In this document: in pieces, positions 11,571-24,758 of the stretch
Position numbering within the stretch: position 1 is the stretch's first letter
Layout of the letters: each line of letters begins with the position of its first letter
Assembly (NCBI GenBank): GCA_973895155.1
Contig: OZ316899.1
Span: forward strand, 2,379,573-2,443,572
Length of the DNA stretch: 64,000 bases
Direction of reading: 5' to 3'
DNA from: Marsupella aquatica
Taxonomy: Eukaryota; Plantae; Marchantiophyta
Notes under the pieces: model-generated
What the model was told of the DNA's origin: nothing
Seen by the model: only the letters and a program-made list of their open reading frames with translations
Database searches by the model: none
Translations under genes and position numbers: made by a program

Positions 11571-14500
11571 ATGGCAAACCTAGGCATGAGCACTGTCAGA
11601 TTGGTAGAAAAGGGTGAGGAGGGAGGAAAGCCTGATACGCCAATCTGTGTCATGTCCTTCAAAGAAGGGCAGACTTTGGCAGACTTCCGTACCAAATGTG
11701 TTGGTGCAGTACAGTTTGACTTTGATTTTTGGGATGAGAGGTTGCCTGGTCGAGTTCGTCGCTTTTCAGAGAAGACGGTTGGGGTGACTGAACTTCAAGG
11801 GACAGTTTATGTGATTGCACAGTTACCCTCACTTGCCTTGCCTCCTGAGAGGGTCACTATTGGTTCCTCTCATTCATCTGCTGCCACTGTGTCCAATGTG
11901 GCAGGCACGCCTCCATTGTCTCAAGGACAAACTCAAGGGGTGCCAATACAGGCTACTGTACAGCCTGTGACAGGCTCCTTTGAGTCTCACCTCATGTCTG
12001 AGGTTGCATCAAAGACCTGGAATGATGAGTGATTGAAGTTACGATCCTGGGTAAACCAGAAGGGCTTCTGTGACCACAAGTGGAGAGTGCGGACGTGGGA
12101 TGAGGAGGGGAGTGTCAAGGGCATCTAGAGTGCTTAGAGTGTAGGGAGACTTATGGGAATGCAGCCAATTCACAGGTGCTCAAGTCCATTGCCAACTTCT
12201 TTAGCAATTTCAAGACAAAGCACCTGACCAACCCTAAACACAAGGAGAATTGGTGTAAGCGAAGGGGTTTACCAGGAGCTCTGGTGACAGCTGCTTACAC
12301 TATACAGCAGCCATTGTTTGATCATAGTATGCAAATAGGGGCTGGGGTGGAAATAGTGGGAAAGTTGAATGCAGAGGTAGGTGGGGTGGTAGAAGTGTTT
12401 ACTATCACACCATCTCCCACTGATCCAACATTTGCACAAAGGTCATTCTTGTTTAAGGTCAGATGTACAGTCTGTGGCAAGCTACATACTGACATGTGCC
12501 CTAAGAAATCCAATTTGGAACACAATTTAAGACAACACCTGGTGAGTCGGGATCATATGGATGCACTTGAGAGCGTTGTGACCAGTACCCAGGCTGCACT
12601 GAGGGCAAGGAAGAAGGGGAGACCAAGGAAGCCTGATGCTCGTGATCTGTTTCCATCTCAAAATTCTATTTTGAATTTCTTTAGAGAGGACAGCTCTGCT
12701 GCAGGGAGCAGTTCAGGCAGAAGTGGGTATTCCTCTATTGAGCCAAGTGTCAGTTTGCTTTGTTGGGGCATGTGGGAGTCAGAGGTCAAGTGGACAGGGG
12801 ATTCTATGGCTGTGAAGGGCATACTTGATGATCAGGAGGGAGGAAATGTCTGGGACTATGATCGTACAGCCTGTGCTGAGGTTTTCAATGTAACTAGCTA
12901 GTCAGTTGTACATATACAAGGTTGTTTTAGGCACACGCAATGTCACAGGGTGTCCATTAATGGAGGTGGTTTTCAGAATCTCACTTGCACTCTATGTGAT
13001 TCTATAAAATGTGAAGATGATTTTCATGGCAAGGTGCACAGGGAAGCGGAAGCTTTAGTGCATAGAGGAGAAAGAACTACACATGGTGGGATGAGGTTGG
13101 CATACTTGACCAAAACCGAATTGAGGGAACATGTTGGTAACCTCACCACTCGCTTTAGGAAACAACGTTGGCTGTTGGCACAACAAGCTCAGAAAATTTG
13201 TGCCCTGAGTGTTAGGCGAAAGAAGCTAGAAGATTTATTAGGAGTAGCCCATGATAGGAAAGATTTAAGACTGTTTTTGAGGAATATAGTGAATGGACAT
13301 AGGTGTGGTGCTTTTGGTGGCAAGGAAGGGTTGTGGGATTTCTTGACAGATGTAGCCAAGAACTTGCAGAGAGTTGCTAAGGGTTATCGTTATAGTAAGA
13401 GAACCAAGGCCTTTTCCCAAGCCATGTTCCAGTTTGGAGGTAGACAAGTGGCCCATTGTTTCCAGGCAAACCTAGGTGGTCCAGGTCTGAAGACCTTGAA
13501 ACATGATAGAGCAAAACTACCACCCTTTAGACCTGGCATTCGCAAAGAGATATTCCAGGAGGTATGCAGAGTACTATGTGCATCAAAGCAGTCACTTGGA
13601 ATTTCAGAAGATGTACCAGTAATGTTTGCAGAGGATGAAACAAGGATAAAAGAGAGACCCACGTTTATGTTTTTGTCTCTGCCGTAAATTAGCTTCTTCT
13701 TTTGAATGTGTTGGGTGATCTTGCAAGTCATGAGCTAATGTCGGTATTGTATTGTGTGTGACATATGGGAAGCTAAATATGACACCCTCATTGGTTTCTG
13801 TGGCCCCTTAGAAGAGCACACATGTTCTTTTGGCTTGGAAGTACTCGTTGGAGCAGGTACTGAAGGGTATGACAAGATTGTAAGTACTTTTGAGCAGTAT
13901 GCCAAAGGCATGTATGCTAGAGTAATCATTGTCAATCCTTTGCATGCAAAGGTGCCTAAATTGGCATTGTGTGTTCTACCAACATGTAACAAGTTTAAAG
14001 CTACCTGGGTAAGAGAGCATTGGGTGCAGCTAAAGTCCATGTGGGACACACATTGCAGAGATAGTGTTGGTCCTTTGTTGGGCCATGCTAGTGATGGTGA
14101 TGCTCGTTGCAGGAAATTGATGATGGAAGATTATACTGCTGTGAATGGTTCCTTTCCTAGGTACAGTGTGGGATGGGTTGGGTGGCAATACTCAGTGTCC
14201 ATACTTCCGAATGGAGATCTATATGGTTTTGGAGACCAAGACCCACCTCACAATGGCAAGAAGGCAATTAACCCATTGGACCGAGTGTCTGCTATGTTAG
14301 TTCTTGGTGATCAGCATGCATCTTTGTCATATGTCACATCTGTTTATAACCATTATGCAATTCACGAGCATGGTTTGCATTGGGATGATGTGAATAGGAT
14401 AGATAGACAAAATTGGGCTGGCCCACAACGAATAGCTTCCAGGAGAGTGCAGGCCTGCCTGCAGCATATGTATGAGCGACGAGATGTTTGTCATGACAGA

Positions 14501-16157
14501 AGCTTTGGGACCATGATATACTTGGAGGTTTGTGCAGACTACATAGATATTTTCTTCTCTGTTAAGCATGACCTAAGAACCCGTGTTGTCTTGGCATCAA
14601 AGGTATCTTGGTTCTTCCGATTGTGGAGGCTATGGTTGAGGTATGGTGATCATTTTGTGACAGGGAATGCTAGATCTATCACAGAGAAGAACATGATTTA
14701 TGTGCAGGCTTTCCACGATATCAACATGTCTTGTCATTTTGTAGTATTGTTAGTCTATGCCTTTCGGGACAAGTTCCCATATCTGCAAGTTCCATTTCAC
14801 TTGCTGGGATCAGATTGTTGTGAGATATTTTTCAGCAAGGTAGGTGGCATGAGTGGCCATGAGAGAAATTATGACTTTGGATCTCTATTGGACAGTGGGA
14901 CTGAATCGACTAGCTGGATTAGAGTATGGACCAGAGGGATTGAAGATACGTCGATCACATGATAAACAGGATCATGTTTGGGCAACTTTACATCCTCTGG
15001 ATGAAGGAGAACAAGCTCCAAATTTATTTGATTACTCTGTAGTTCTGACTAATGAGCTGGTTGTTGATGCTCTAAAGGAAGGTTTGCAGGAAGCAAAGGA
15101 TTTGTTGTGCAAGCTGAACATGTCACCAAGGAGTTCTTTGCCAGCAGCGAAAAGACGATGGTGGGTTCATCCTTGGGAGGTGGAGGCAGAGACTTGGCCG
15201 AATACAAGTGTCATGAAAGAGGCTATGTTATGTGATGATGTTGAAGACACAGTTGAGCATCAATCTATTGTAGGCCCTAGACCTGAGCCCCCAATTGGAG
15301 AGTTTCTAGATTTTGAAGATCCTGAAGAAGATCTCAATCGGATTGATTCATGGGACACTCTGGACAGTCAGGATTGTGTTGAGCCACTAACAGTTGATGA
15401 TTGTTCGATTGAGGTGGATACTAACCCATTTTGTGAGATGGAGACACTAGGACATGAAGTAAGGCATGTCTTGGTTGGAGTTCAAGCAGACTTAACTGAT
15501 GTGCAAACACCCCGGTCAGTAGTGTCTACTGTAACTTATGAGGGGAGGACTATCTACAAGTCCACTCTTGTGAGTCAATTGTGCTGCAATCCTTTCATGT
15601 CAAAGGATAGGCTAACTAGGATAGCCCAGAAAACCTATTACACTACTGGTAAGGAGAAAGAAAATGGTGACTCTGTGACTTGTTTGGTTGACATTGGTAC
15701 TGATATAGCAGTTTTGTTTGAGTTTGCTACAGAGGTTGGTCCTTCTACCAGATCATCCAAGTCAAAGAAGAGGAAGGGAATAGATAAAGGGCCTATTGTT
15801 GATGCAACATCTACAAAGAAGGAATATTGGTTGGGTAGGATTGAGTTTATGATATAGAAGAATGGCTCCCATTGGGTCAGACGTTGGAAAGCAATAGATC
15901 TGTTGGACAGGCATGTACCTGCAGTTGGACAGAGTGGAAGTGTGTGCCGCTTGCAGTGTAATTGGTACAAATCTACTGGTAACAACAAAACTTTGTTCAC
16001 TTATGATGCAACAGATGGACAATGGATTGATATTGAGATGGTAATTTCAAATGTGAACTTGACAATGAAGTTTGGGATAGTTGACAGAGTGTATGTACTA
16101 GATGCAAGTGACTTGCAAGCTTTGACTACATACATTCAAAGTGTGAGTAAATTGTGA
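11571..16157 (+). pseudogene. P-element/THAP9-like DDE transposase, decayed, probably intron-containing
   Basis: FAEDET (D at 13634), HASDGD (D at 14093), DPPH (14240-14251), DRQNW, GSDCCEIFF (E at 14822). N-terminal C2H2-like fingers and the AT-hook KGRPRK. Stops or frameshifts near 12032, 12901, 14962 and 15857. Confidence 0.8.
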
Positions 16158-16753
16158 TATATAATTGACTATTGTTTATTAAAAGTAGTTTGTTGTGTGT
16201 GTATGCGATGCATGTGTAGGGTTAGTGGGAGGGAGTAGAGTAGGGGATGGCGGATTGGCAAATTGAGATTTATGCTCAATCAGGGGTTCAATTCCCCTCC
16301 GTCATGTGGACATCATCATGCATGAGTCTGTGAAGGAAGGTAGAGATGTGGACATCATCATGCGGGAGTTTGTGAAACAAGGTAGAGTACCGATGCCTTG
16401 GATAGGCAACCTAAGGTGTTCGGTTACCTATTCATAGTATCTGGCACCCACCATGCTTCACTATTCAAGAGTGAAATCTACAAGTTGTTGGATGATGATG
16501 AATGCAATTTACAAGATATTCAGCTTCATGATGTAAATTCATTGAATGTATTGGAAATGCGCATCAATTTGCACAATTGGCTCTACACTATTGAGGTACT
16601 TTACTTTCCTTAATAGGCATTTTTTAAATCATCATAAAACTTTCCATAAAGTTTTATAGGGGTAAACAATTCAAAAAATTGTCACTTTTCAGAAAGTAAG
16701 GGTGTGAGGAAAAAAAATTCACTTAAAAGTTAGGGGGTCCAGACCCTAAAACG

Positions 16754-16796
16754 TCGCACGTGATGTAGAGCCCTACATACAGTGACCCCCCCTGAG
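16754..16796 (-). repeat. Right TIR
   Basis: TCGCACGTGATG - 15 nt - AGTGACCCCCCC(TGAG). The spacer overlaps the hairpin ATGTAG-agcc-CTACAT. Confidence 0.85.
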
Positions 16797-16804
16797 CCTT
16801 CCGT

Positions 16805-17842
16805 GACAAGATGGTACTTGGCTGCCCTGGGGCACTCCACAGAATGGCATATACGGGGGATCTCTGGAAGGCCTGGGAATTGCTGAGAACCAATCTGATT
16901 TTCTGTCCCTCAGAGCGGATACCTAGTAGATGGTCAATTGGTGATTTTCTCTGGTGTTTAAAGGGTACGTAGGCATGGAGCACTTGTGATAGGGAATCAG
17001 TGACTCTCCTTTTATGGTCAAGCAAAAGGAATGGATGGCAAGAGCTGGCAGGAAGGTGGCCACATCTATGTGGCTTCTCTGAGGAACACTTAACTCTTGG
17101 ATGCAGATTCATAGGGTTGCTAGCAGACATTACAAGATGTGAGTGGGGGATGGAAGCTAGGCCGGAGAGCTGGTGCTGGGCTGACAACCCAACAGCTCTA
17201 AGGGTGTTCAGAATCTCAAACAAGAGAGCCTATCAGATGCTGAGAGAGGAAGTGGGAGATTTACAGAGTTTAAACGGGAGATGGGAATAGCTAACACGGG
17301 CGACAAATGGAGTGCAAACTGGGCTGGACTGTGGGGTTTGGACTTGTCTATGAGGGCTAAGACATTTATGTGGAGAGTAGTGGCGTCTGGGCTCTTCACT
17401 GGGGTTAGGGCAGTCAAAATTGGAAAAGGTAATGGCGAGTGCAAGCTGTGTCCTGGAACACTGGAGTCTATTCCACACTTGTTCATGACTTGCCAACATG
17501 CAGAGCGATGTTGGCTGCTATGTTCTCAAAGCTTTGAGGGCATATTTGCTGATCATACTTGGGGGCTGCTTGGGATGATAAATTCTGCATTGGGCAAGGA
17601 TTACAGGAAGGTAGTTAAAATGTTTGTCTTAATCAGATAATGAGCATATGTTTAAGCAGGGCGGGGCCCGGAGGATTGACATTCGATTCATTCTCTCGGA
17701 GGCGGTGGATCATGTTACAGCGGTTGGGCTTACATTGCCAGCGAGCAACAGACGGACTAGGTTGCTGCGGGTGAAAGAGATGATAAACGTGGAGAGGTTC
17801 ACATGGTTGAGGTGTAGGGACTACTGGGTCACATCAGGATAG
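16805..17842 (+). mobile_element. 3' continuation of the interrupted LINE (zf-RVT region)
   Basis: In frame with 1856. ORF 17281-17640 reads LW...RAKTFMWR...CKLC...ESIPHLFMTC...W (zf-RVT). Confidence 0.85.
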
Positions 17843-18771
17843 TGTAGGAATGACTTAATGTGGGACAACAGGCTGGATGGGCTCCTGGATTGTTGTTGGA
17901 TAAGTTTGTTATGGTTGATAGGCTGGTTTGCTTTGCCAGGATAGCTGGTAGGATTACATGGTATGGGTGTTGTTTGAAGCCGATAGCATCTGTGTGTGTT
18001 GGTGCTTGGCTGCGATTTGCTGTGCTGGATATTGTGGCAACTTTTTTGATTGTTTCCCCGCGGCCATGGGGTTTGCGTGGCCCCCAAAGTTATAAAAATT
18101 TAAAATGTTTAAAGGAAAAGTGACAGAAATTCAACTACAAATAGGGTAGCATGAACCAAAGGAAAACAAAATAATGAAAGGACATTCCCTTTCATATCTT
18201 GAGGGTCCTGAACTAAAGTAAAAAGTATCAAAATATGCTACAGGAGTACTCAAGGTTCACTAGAATGCTCCTGGAATCAAAAATTGATCAAAAGTTATCC
18301 CTAGTGTTAACTGGAGTAAAAGTGTCATTGTGCCTTTGTGGTAAAACTAACAAATAATAAGTTTGTGGGAATTTTAACTTCTAGAATAAAAGTCAAAATG
18401 AGATGAAAACTTTTCTAGGTGGAAGAATTACATACATGCTACATGCTGGAAAAATTTCAGACTTTTCTGAGGTGTCTAAATGCCTCAATAAAATTGATGA
18501 AAAGTGCTTTTGAATATAAAATACACTTTTCCGAAAAAAATTCTAAGTGTCGGAAGCGTCATTGCGCCTTTGCGCCTTTGCACACTTACGCTACAGCAAA
18601 ACTAAAATGTTAACAACTTCTAAACTACATGTTGATTTAAGTTGATACTTTCAGGTAGGTTCTACTACATAAGGGCTACCTTCTGAAAAAGTATGAGACT
18701 TTTCTATCTATGCTTACTACTTAACAAAAATTGTTGAGATTAGCTAATCTTGAGCTGAAGGGTGGAGTAGG

Positions 18772-20400
18772 TCAGTCTTCTTGAAGCAGTGCTGTCTGGT
18801 CAGGTGGTTGAAAATTCCTGAATGTCTCTGTTCGAATCACTTCTCGAAGGAAATCCATAACCTGAGTATCATGTCGAGCAAAAGGTAGAGATCTGATTTG
18901 TCGTTCAGCATTTAAAACAGGAAGTAGCCTCCTGTGGAACATAGTGTTCACCTTACTAGCTTGCATGTAGATGCCAACCAGATCATAACTACAACAAGTA
19001 GCATGATAGTTACGTGGAAACTTGTTGATGAAGGTGTCAAAGTCCTTGGCAAGGGATAGAAGTGGAGTAACACTAGGTAACAGTTCCTCCACTTCAAGGT
19101 GTAATTAGCTAGCCGTTGTGAAGTAATGTTGTTCCAGATTCTCTGGCTCTCAGCAACCGGTGTAATGAAGTGTTGAGCAACAAAAGGCTTCTCTAGAAGG
19201 GCACCATGGTTAACTTGGTATCTTTTGTTGGTTTGCCTCAGAAAGTTGATGATGAATTCTAAGACAAAGGCAGGTAAGTTTCCAAAATATGCTAATTAAA
19301 GCCAGATCTCCATTCTCCAGCACAAGGTGTCCAACCAGAATCATGACAGCAAGAATAGGGCACAAATATTCAGCTTCTGTCCAAATTTCATCCATCTCTA
19401 CTATCTCTAAGCGGGTGACTTCCTTTAGATGAAGTTTCAGGATATAGAGACATTCAACTCTCTTCTTATGATAGTACTGCCAAAACTCTAAGATAGGAGG
19501 AGTTCTAAGGTCTGAAACTCTGACAAATTCAGCAAACTATTTAATACTCTCCCGAGGGGTCTTAGGGTCAATATGCGGTGGAATGAAATTGATCTGGCTT
19601 GACATGGGGGGAGGGTGTCAGGATAAGAAATAACAAGATGTTCACCTCTGGGTGTAATCTCAGGTTCTGGAAAACTGGGGTAGAGGTGGTGTGGTTGGTT
19701 GGAAGGAGTGTAAGGTGAGGTGGGTGAATGACTAGAAGGAGGGGAAGAATAAGGAAGGTGTGATCCAGACTCTGAAGTATGGTAACGTATAGTAGAGTAG
19801 ATCTGAGTGACATGACAATGGAATAGCCGTGCAAGTCTTTGTACTAGATCCTCACATATTCTAAATGATGATCTCAATTCAAGGTGGTAGTAGCTTTTTG
19901 TAACAGATCTTCCAAAACATCAACAACATCCTTCTCGTCACACTTCAGCAACTTAGCCATTTCAATAACAAGATCAAAGTATACTCAGTTGACCGTCCTG
20001 ATGAAGTTCCGAAGGGTTGTTGAAGTTCCGTCCTCAATGGTGATATAGCCTCTCGAGATCTGGTTCCTCCAAAATAGCATCAGATATTTGAGTAGTAGGG
20101 ACAATAGGTGTCATCAATGGAGCTTCAGTGGGTTCTTAAGTGTACTGAGCAAGTCCTTCAGCAGGCGAATAGAATGAAAGAGGACTACAGGATGCTGGAT
20201 TGGTGACAGAAGATATTCATAATCTTTCAACTGCATCAATGATTTCTTCAGGTCCACAAGTTAACAAGCTAGTTAGCTTGTCAATGATCTGTTGATTGAA
20301 TAATCATTGGGATAGCTTTTGGTAAAGGAACTCCGGCTACAACTCCCCCTACTTCCTCTTCTGTTGTTGCCATAGTTGAGGCATAAGTCAAAGTTGTGAA
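18772..20400 (-). pseudogene. Decayed ORF cluster of unknown identity
   Basis: Several same-strand ORF fragments separated by stops. No recognisable domain. Confidence 0.25.
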
Positions 20401-20934
20401 TATAAAGGTGGCTGATCAAAACACGTCAAAGTGTCGTTGCACAACAACGCCGTTCCGCCTATGCTCTATGGCGCTGTTGCGCTAAAACGCTACTGACCCA
20501 AAAATGTTGTAGCACTTTTGCGCTCTTGCGCTCTTGTGCCTTAGCTTCGGAACGCCGAGTTTTTGCGCTCCTGTCTTTTATGATAAAAACTTTGCAACAA
20601 ATTCTCCGATTGTACCACAAGAATACAGACAGTGTTCTCCCTTGTTCTTCTCAACGCTTCCTCTAGGCAAAAATGTAATGTCGCAGCCAAGCGCCTCTCT
20701 TCAGAATGTCAGGTAGATTGTGAAGTTTGACTCTTTGGTAAGAAAGCGCACCAAGTAGGGCAATGCTTGCTAATTACTCAGGGTCCTATCTTAAGTCTTA
20801 ATCTTACTGATATCTAAAAGTAGATTAATTGGTTATGTTTAATCTATTTCTAACTACAATTTTTTAAAAATTTTTCATTATTTATAATTTTCTAACTTAG
20901 ACAGCTATTACATCACCTGTGGCTTATAACCCAT

Positions 20935-22546
20935 TTGGAGGATGAGCTTATGGCCAAGGGGAATGTAATTGGGGACATCCAAATGACTATGGAGCAATTG
21001 GAGATGGCAGACCACAAAGAGTTAGTCCAAGTCTCAAACCACCCGGACGGACTAAACCAAGAGCTACTTAAATTCAAAGCAGACCTTAAGGTACTTGAGG
21101 CTATTGTGACTCAACTTGAGGAGGAGTCCATAGCTCAGGTTAGCAGCTTGGCCAATTTGAACAACCAGTTTGTTCAGGTGGCCCGGCAGGTGAATACTAG
21201 CATCGCCGATCGGGATAAGTGTTGGGCCCAAAACCAAGTGGATCTTAAAACAATTGGCCTACTTAACATGGAGGTGGCCCAACTGCAAGCAAAAGTAGAC
21301 AAAGTTTCCAACAAGGTAGAGGAAGCAACGTGGGACACCAAGGCCTTGCAAGAGCAGATTATGCTATTGGTGAGCCGGCAGAGTGAGGCGGGAAGTGCCT
21401 CTAACCAAGGCGGCTCGAGGCCCCAAACCGACAAGGGGACCAACCCTGAACCAGCAGCGTGACACGCGCAAAGGGTAGTTAGGGGAGGGGACGGTCAGAC
21501 AGCCGCACGGGATAGTCACATGACAAGAGCATCTTATGTCAATTGTAGCCACAAAATAGCTGTCATTAGGCACCAATTAGTGTTTAATTAATAAGCTTTA
21601 TTAAATAATAATAAAATATTCAGTGATGGGCTCCTATATTTCATTCAAGGCAAGCGGGAGAGAGACAGTAGACAGGATTAGGACAAAATTAGTTAGGATC
21701 ATCAAGCATAGAATAGACGGAAATCAACGGGCTAGAAGCAATTGACAGTAGGATTTAGACATTAGTGCCATGGTCAACCACCCTAGCCGCTGACAGGGAA
21801 GAGGATAGTGCGCTGACAATCAACCACGTCAATAGGTTGTTGGTCAGAGGTTTTGGGGGGGAGGTAGCATCTCCCCTGGTCCTTTGGCAAGTAGTGTTTA
21901 GGTTCCCCCTTCCGCTTGGGAGGGGGGAGGCTCGTGGTATACTTTGGTAGAGTAAGCTTGCATGGTGCACGGGGCGTCCCGGCCTGAGTAGGATTAGAGA
22001 GCACTAAGGAGTGATAGCCAGAGTTGAGCTTGTTGGGCAAGTGCGAGATAGGGTTTTGTAGAGACTGGGCATCAACTGCCGTTAGGCCGGCTAATCGCTT
22101 AGACGTTGAGTCAACTATGTACATCCTACTTCTCATCTGAGTAAACTTGGCCTTTTCCTATGATCCTTGTGAGTAGTCTGTATTGCAAGCATAACTTGCC
22201 TTGACAAAAGTGCCATTTCAAGGGACGTACCGGGTGCAAACTAATGGTTGGGATTGTAAGGAAGTATGTGCTGCATGCACCACAAGTTCCAATTGTTGGC
22301 AATGGCTTGAAAGTCCCCAAGCCGGGAGTTAGTCCGAGTCATTAACTGTGGGTGTGTTCCAGCAATGGAAACCAACTATACCTATGATGTCTGCAATTGT
22401 GTAATATTATACTGATACATATATAGTTTGACTTAGACCAACTAGGGTCACTACACCCCTCCTTGCCCAAAAGCTCACCCTTACTGGTGGCTATGCCCAC
22501 ACCAACAAGTTAACCCAGATTTAAGGCCTTGGTTATTGGTGCAACA
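20935..22546 (+). mobile_element. 5'-truncated giant 5' LTR, family D, containing coiled-coil ORF 20935-21462
   Basis: Post-stop sequence, the TTCC..GGAA..CAACTATACCT motif (22357-22383) and the terminal ~90 bp (…TTAAGGCC…GGTGCAACA) align by eye to the 3' ends of LTR families A and B. Confidence 0.6.
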
Positions 22547-22792
22547 TATATGCCCCCGGTGTTTTTGGCACTAGATGGAGGGGGCATCATTTTGCCTTAT
22601 GAGTGGAGTAGTGTAGTGTGTCCCCAAACCCTAAACATACCGTGTGTCCTGTGCAATAAGGAAGGGGGATGCCCCTAACTACCTGCTTACAATCTGTGTA
22701 TTTACAGTACACAAAAGGAGCGTTGAGTTCAGAAGGGGGCGACACATTAACCAAAGCGGGGAGCAAAGCCGCCTCAAGGGAGTTGAATACTA

Positions 22793-24620
22793 CGATGGGG
22801 ACCCGGGCGCCAGCAGGCGGAGTAGCTCCACCAGCTCCGCCAGTTCCACCAGTACCAGGTGCATTATGACCTCCCCTTGGACCGCAGACCACGGTGTCAT
22901 AGCAATCTTGGTTCCATTATCGACCGTTCAAAGGACAACCTACGGATGATCTAGATGTGGTTAGCCAAATTCAAGGCCACAGCTAAAGCAAATGGCAAAG
23001 AAGCCATTAAGCTAACAATTCTTCTTGGCATACTGCAAGGGGAAGCACTCCCATGGCTTAACTTACAAACACTTGGGTTTACATGGACCCAATCCCGGAC
23101 AACTTTTTTGCAAGAGTTCAAGCCTGTCGGTATCGAGTCCCAAGCCTTGTTGAAGATAGGACAAATACAGAGGAGTAAGCATGACTCACTCCGCAAATTC
23201 TTGGAGAGATTTGAAGGTTGCGACCAAGATTTGACCTAAGCCTGATGACTCATTGTTGAGGAAATGGTTCATCAACGCACTACCTCAAAAGATGGTGTTT
23301 TCAGTTATGGATAAAAAGACCACTACCTTACAATAGGCAATTGATAGTGCAGAATCCTTCCAAGTATCACACTATGCCTCTCAACTTAACCGCAGGACAA
23401 AGAGTAAGAAAAACAAGAGATATCAGACCTTCAGCGATTCAGACTCTAAGTACAATGAGAAGAAGAAGAAGAGAAGGAAGCAATGCAGGAAGAAGGGGAG
23501 GACAAGTTCTTTGTCAGAATCCAACTCGGAGTCTAGCAAATCATCTTCCAGTAGTCCGACCACGTCTATCTCATCTTTCAGCGATACCAAATTGGACTCC
23601 CAAGCCCAATGGAAGAAGAAGGACTCCCGGCTGGGCGCGGTCAAACTTAGACCATGAGCAAAATCAGCCCCTATGGATCCCAAGGCCGTGGAGGTTGAGA
23701 AACTAAACAAGATCACAAATTGGCTTAAGACACTAATCAGTACACTTGGTGGAAAAGCCACCGGAGAAGAAGCAGCCACCAAAAACCAAAGCACATGCTT
23801 GGTGCTCCAAGTATTACCAGTCTAGGCACGTGGTACAAGAATACCCGAGTGCATCAAATAGAGTTGAAGCCAGAGCAATCAGAGCTTGAAGGAAGCACGA
23901 TGGAGTACTTCTTTGAGGATCCAACCAAGGCGTTGTTCCAAATGAGTATGACCGGACCTCGCACGTTAAGCGGGCATAATTTGGGGTTTCACACCCCGTA
24001 TTTATATCCCCCAGAATGGGCGTGGCCCACACATGGTCAGTAATCCGAGTATACCTCCTAAGCCGGGAGTCTGGCGGACTCCGGTACGTTACAACTATGA
24101 GAAGCCCGACCATTTTGCACGAGAATGTACGGAGAAATGTAAACAAGGAGACAGGAGAGCGCTTCTGTTGTGCCAAGTTTGCTACACCAAAGCCCATTCC
24201 AGGACAAGCTATCCATTGGTGTTAGCCGTGAAGGCCGGAGCCCTCTGCGCCGCCCTGCCAACAGCACCGCCTAGCACGGATGCGGTAATCCAGATGGTCA
24301 CGGTAGAATGGCAGGACAGTGCCATTGAGTGGATCAACTTAATAGAAGCAGTCAAACAAATGGGTGCACTCGCGGATGATGAATGCTACCAAGTCTCTAC
24401 CAGGTCATCTTGGAAGAGGGACAAGTATGAAGATGGACGGGCCCAAAGGGACTGTAAGCATGTGGAGTCTGTTGCAGATAAACCTATCTTGGTCAAACCA
24501 AAAGAGGATGAAGATTACCAACGGGATAATCCAAAGTTGTTTTACCCACGCGTGGAGGAATTGGTCAAGAAGCAGTTGGAAGCTTGGTTGGAAGCCTACA
24601 AAGCTCAAGAACATGAGAAG
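22793..24620 (+). pseudogene. Gypsy gag (retrotrans_gag plus CCHC knuckles), interrupted by the Copia and continuing at 41904-~42020
   Basis: WLAKFKATAKAN...LQGEALPW...FLQEF...FLERF; CYNxEKPDHFAREC. The frame EHEK|AIKKDIV is restored across the Copia TSD. Confidence 0.75.
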
Positions 24621-24758
24621 TGTTGTAACCTAAGTTAACCCAGGGTCAAGTCTACTACAGTCAGGCTAGTCATAACCGCCTAACTGCCTAGCTACCTAAG
24701 GAACCATATGTATTGGTTGGACGATGAATGAAGCATTAGTTGTTGACACACCACAACA

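Larger units (their letters stand above)
1857..16796 (+). mobile_element. Large P-element-like cut-and-paste DNA transposon with cargo ORFs
   Basis: Direct repeat CCTTCCGT at 1849-1856 and 16797-16804. Imperfect TIRs. Internal DDE transposase. Excision restores the LINE frame (GYTFR|DKMVLGCPG...WKAWELLR). Confidence 0.88.

Noticed and set aside
16760-16790. Helitron 3' hairpin
   Set aside because: No terminal CTRR. The hairpin lies within a TIR matched at 1857-1898 with an 8-bp TSD.
22445-22470. Minus-strand PPT plus LTR start (…CACTACA CCCCTCCTT)
   Set aside because: The segment aligns internally to family B's LTR 3' region, which continues to 22546, and the adjacent gag is on the plus strand.
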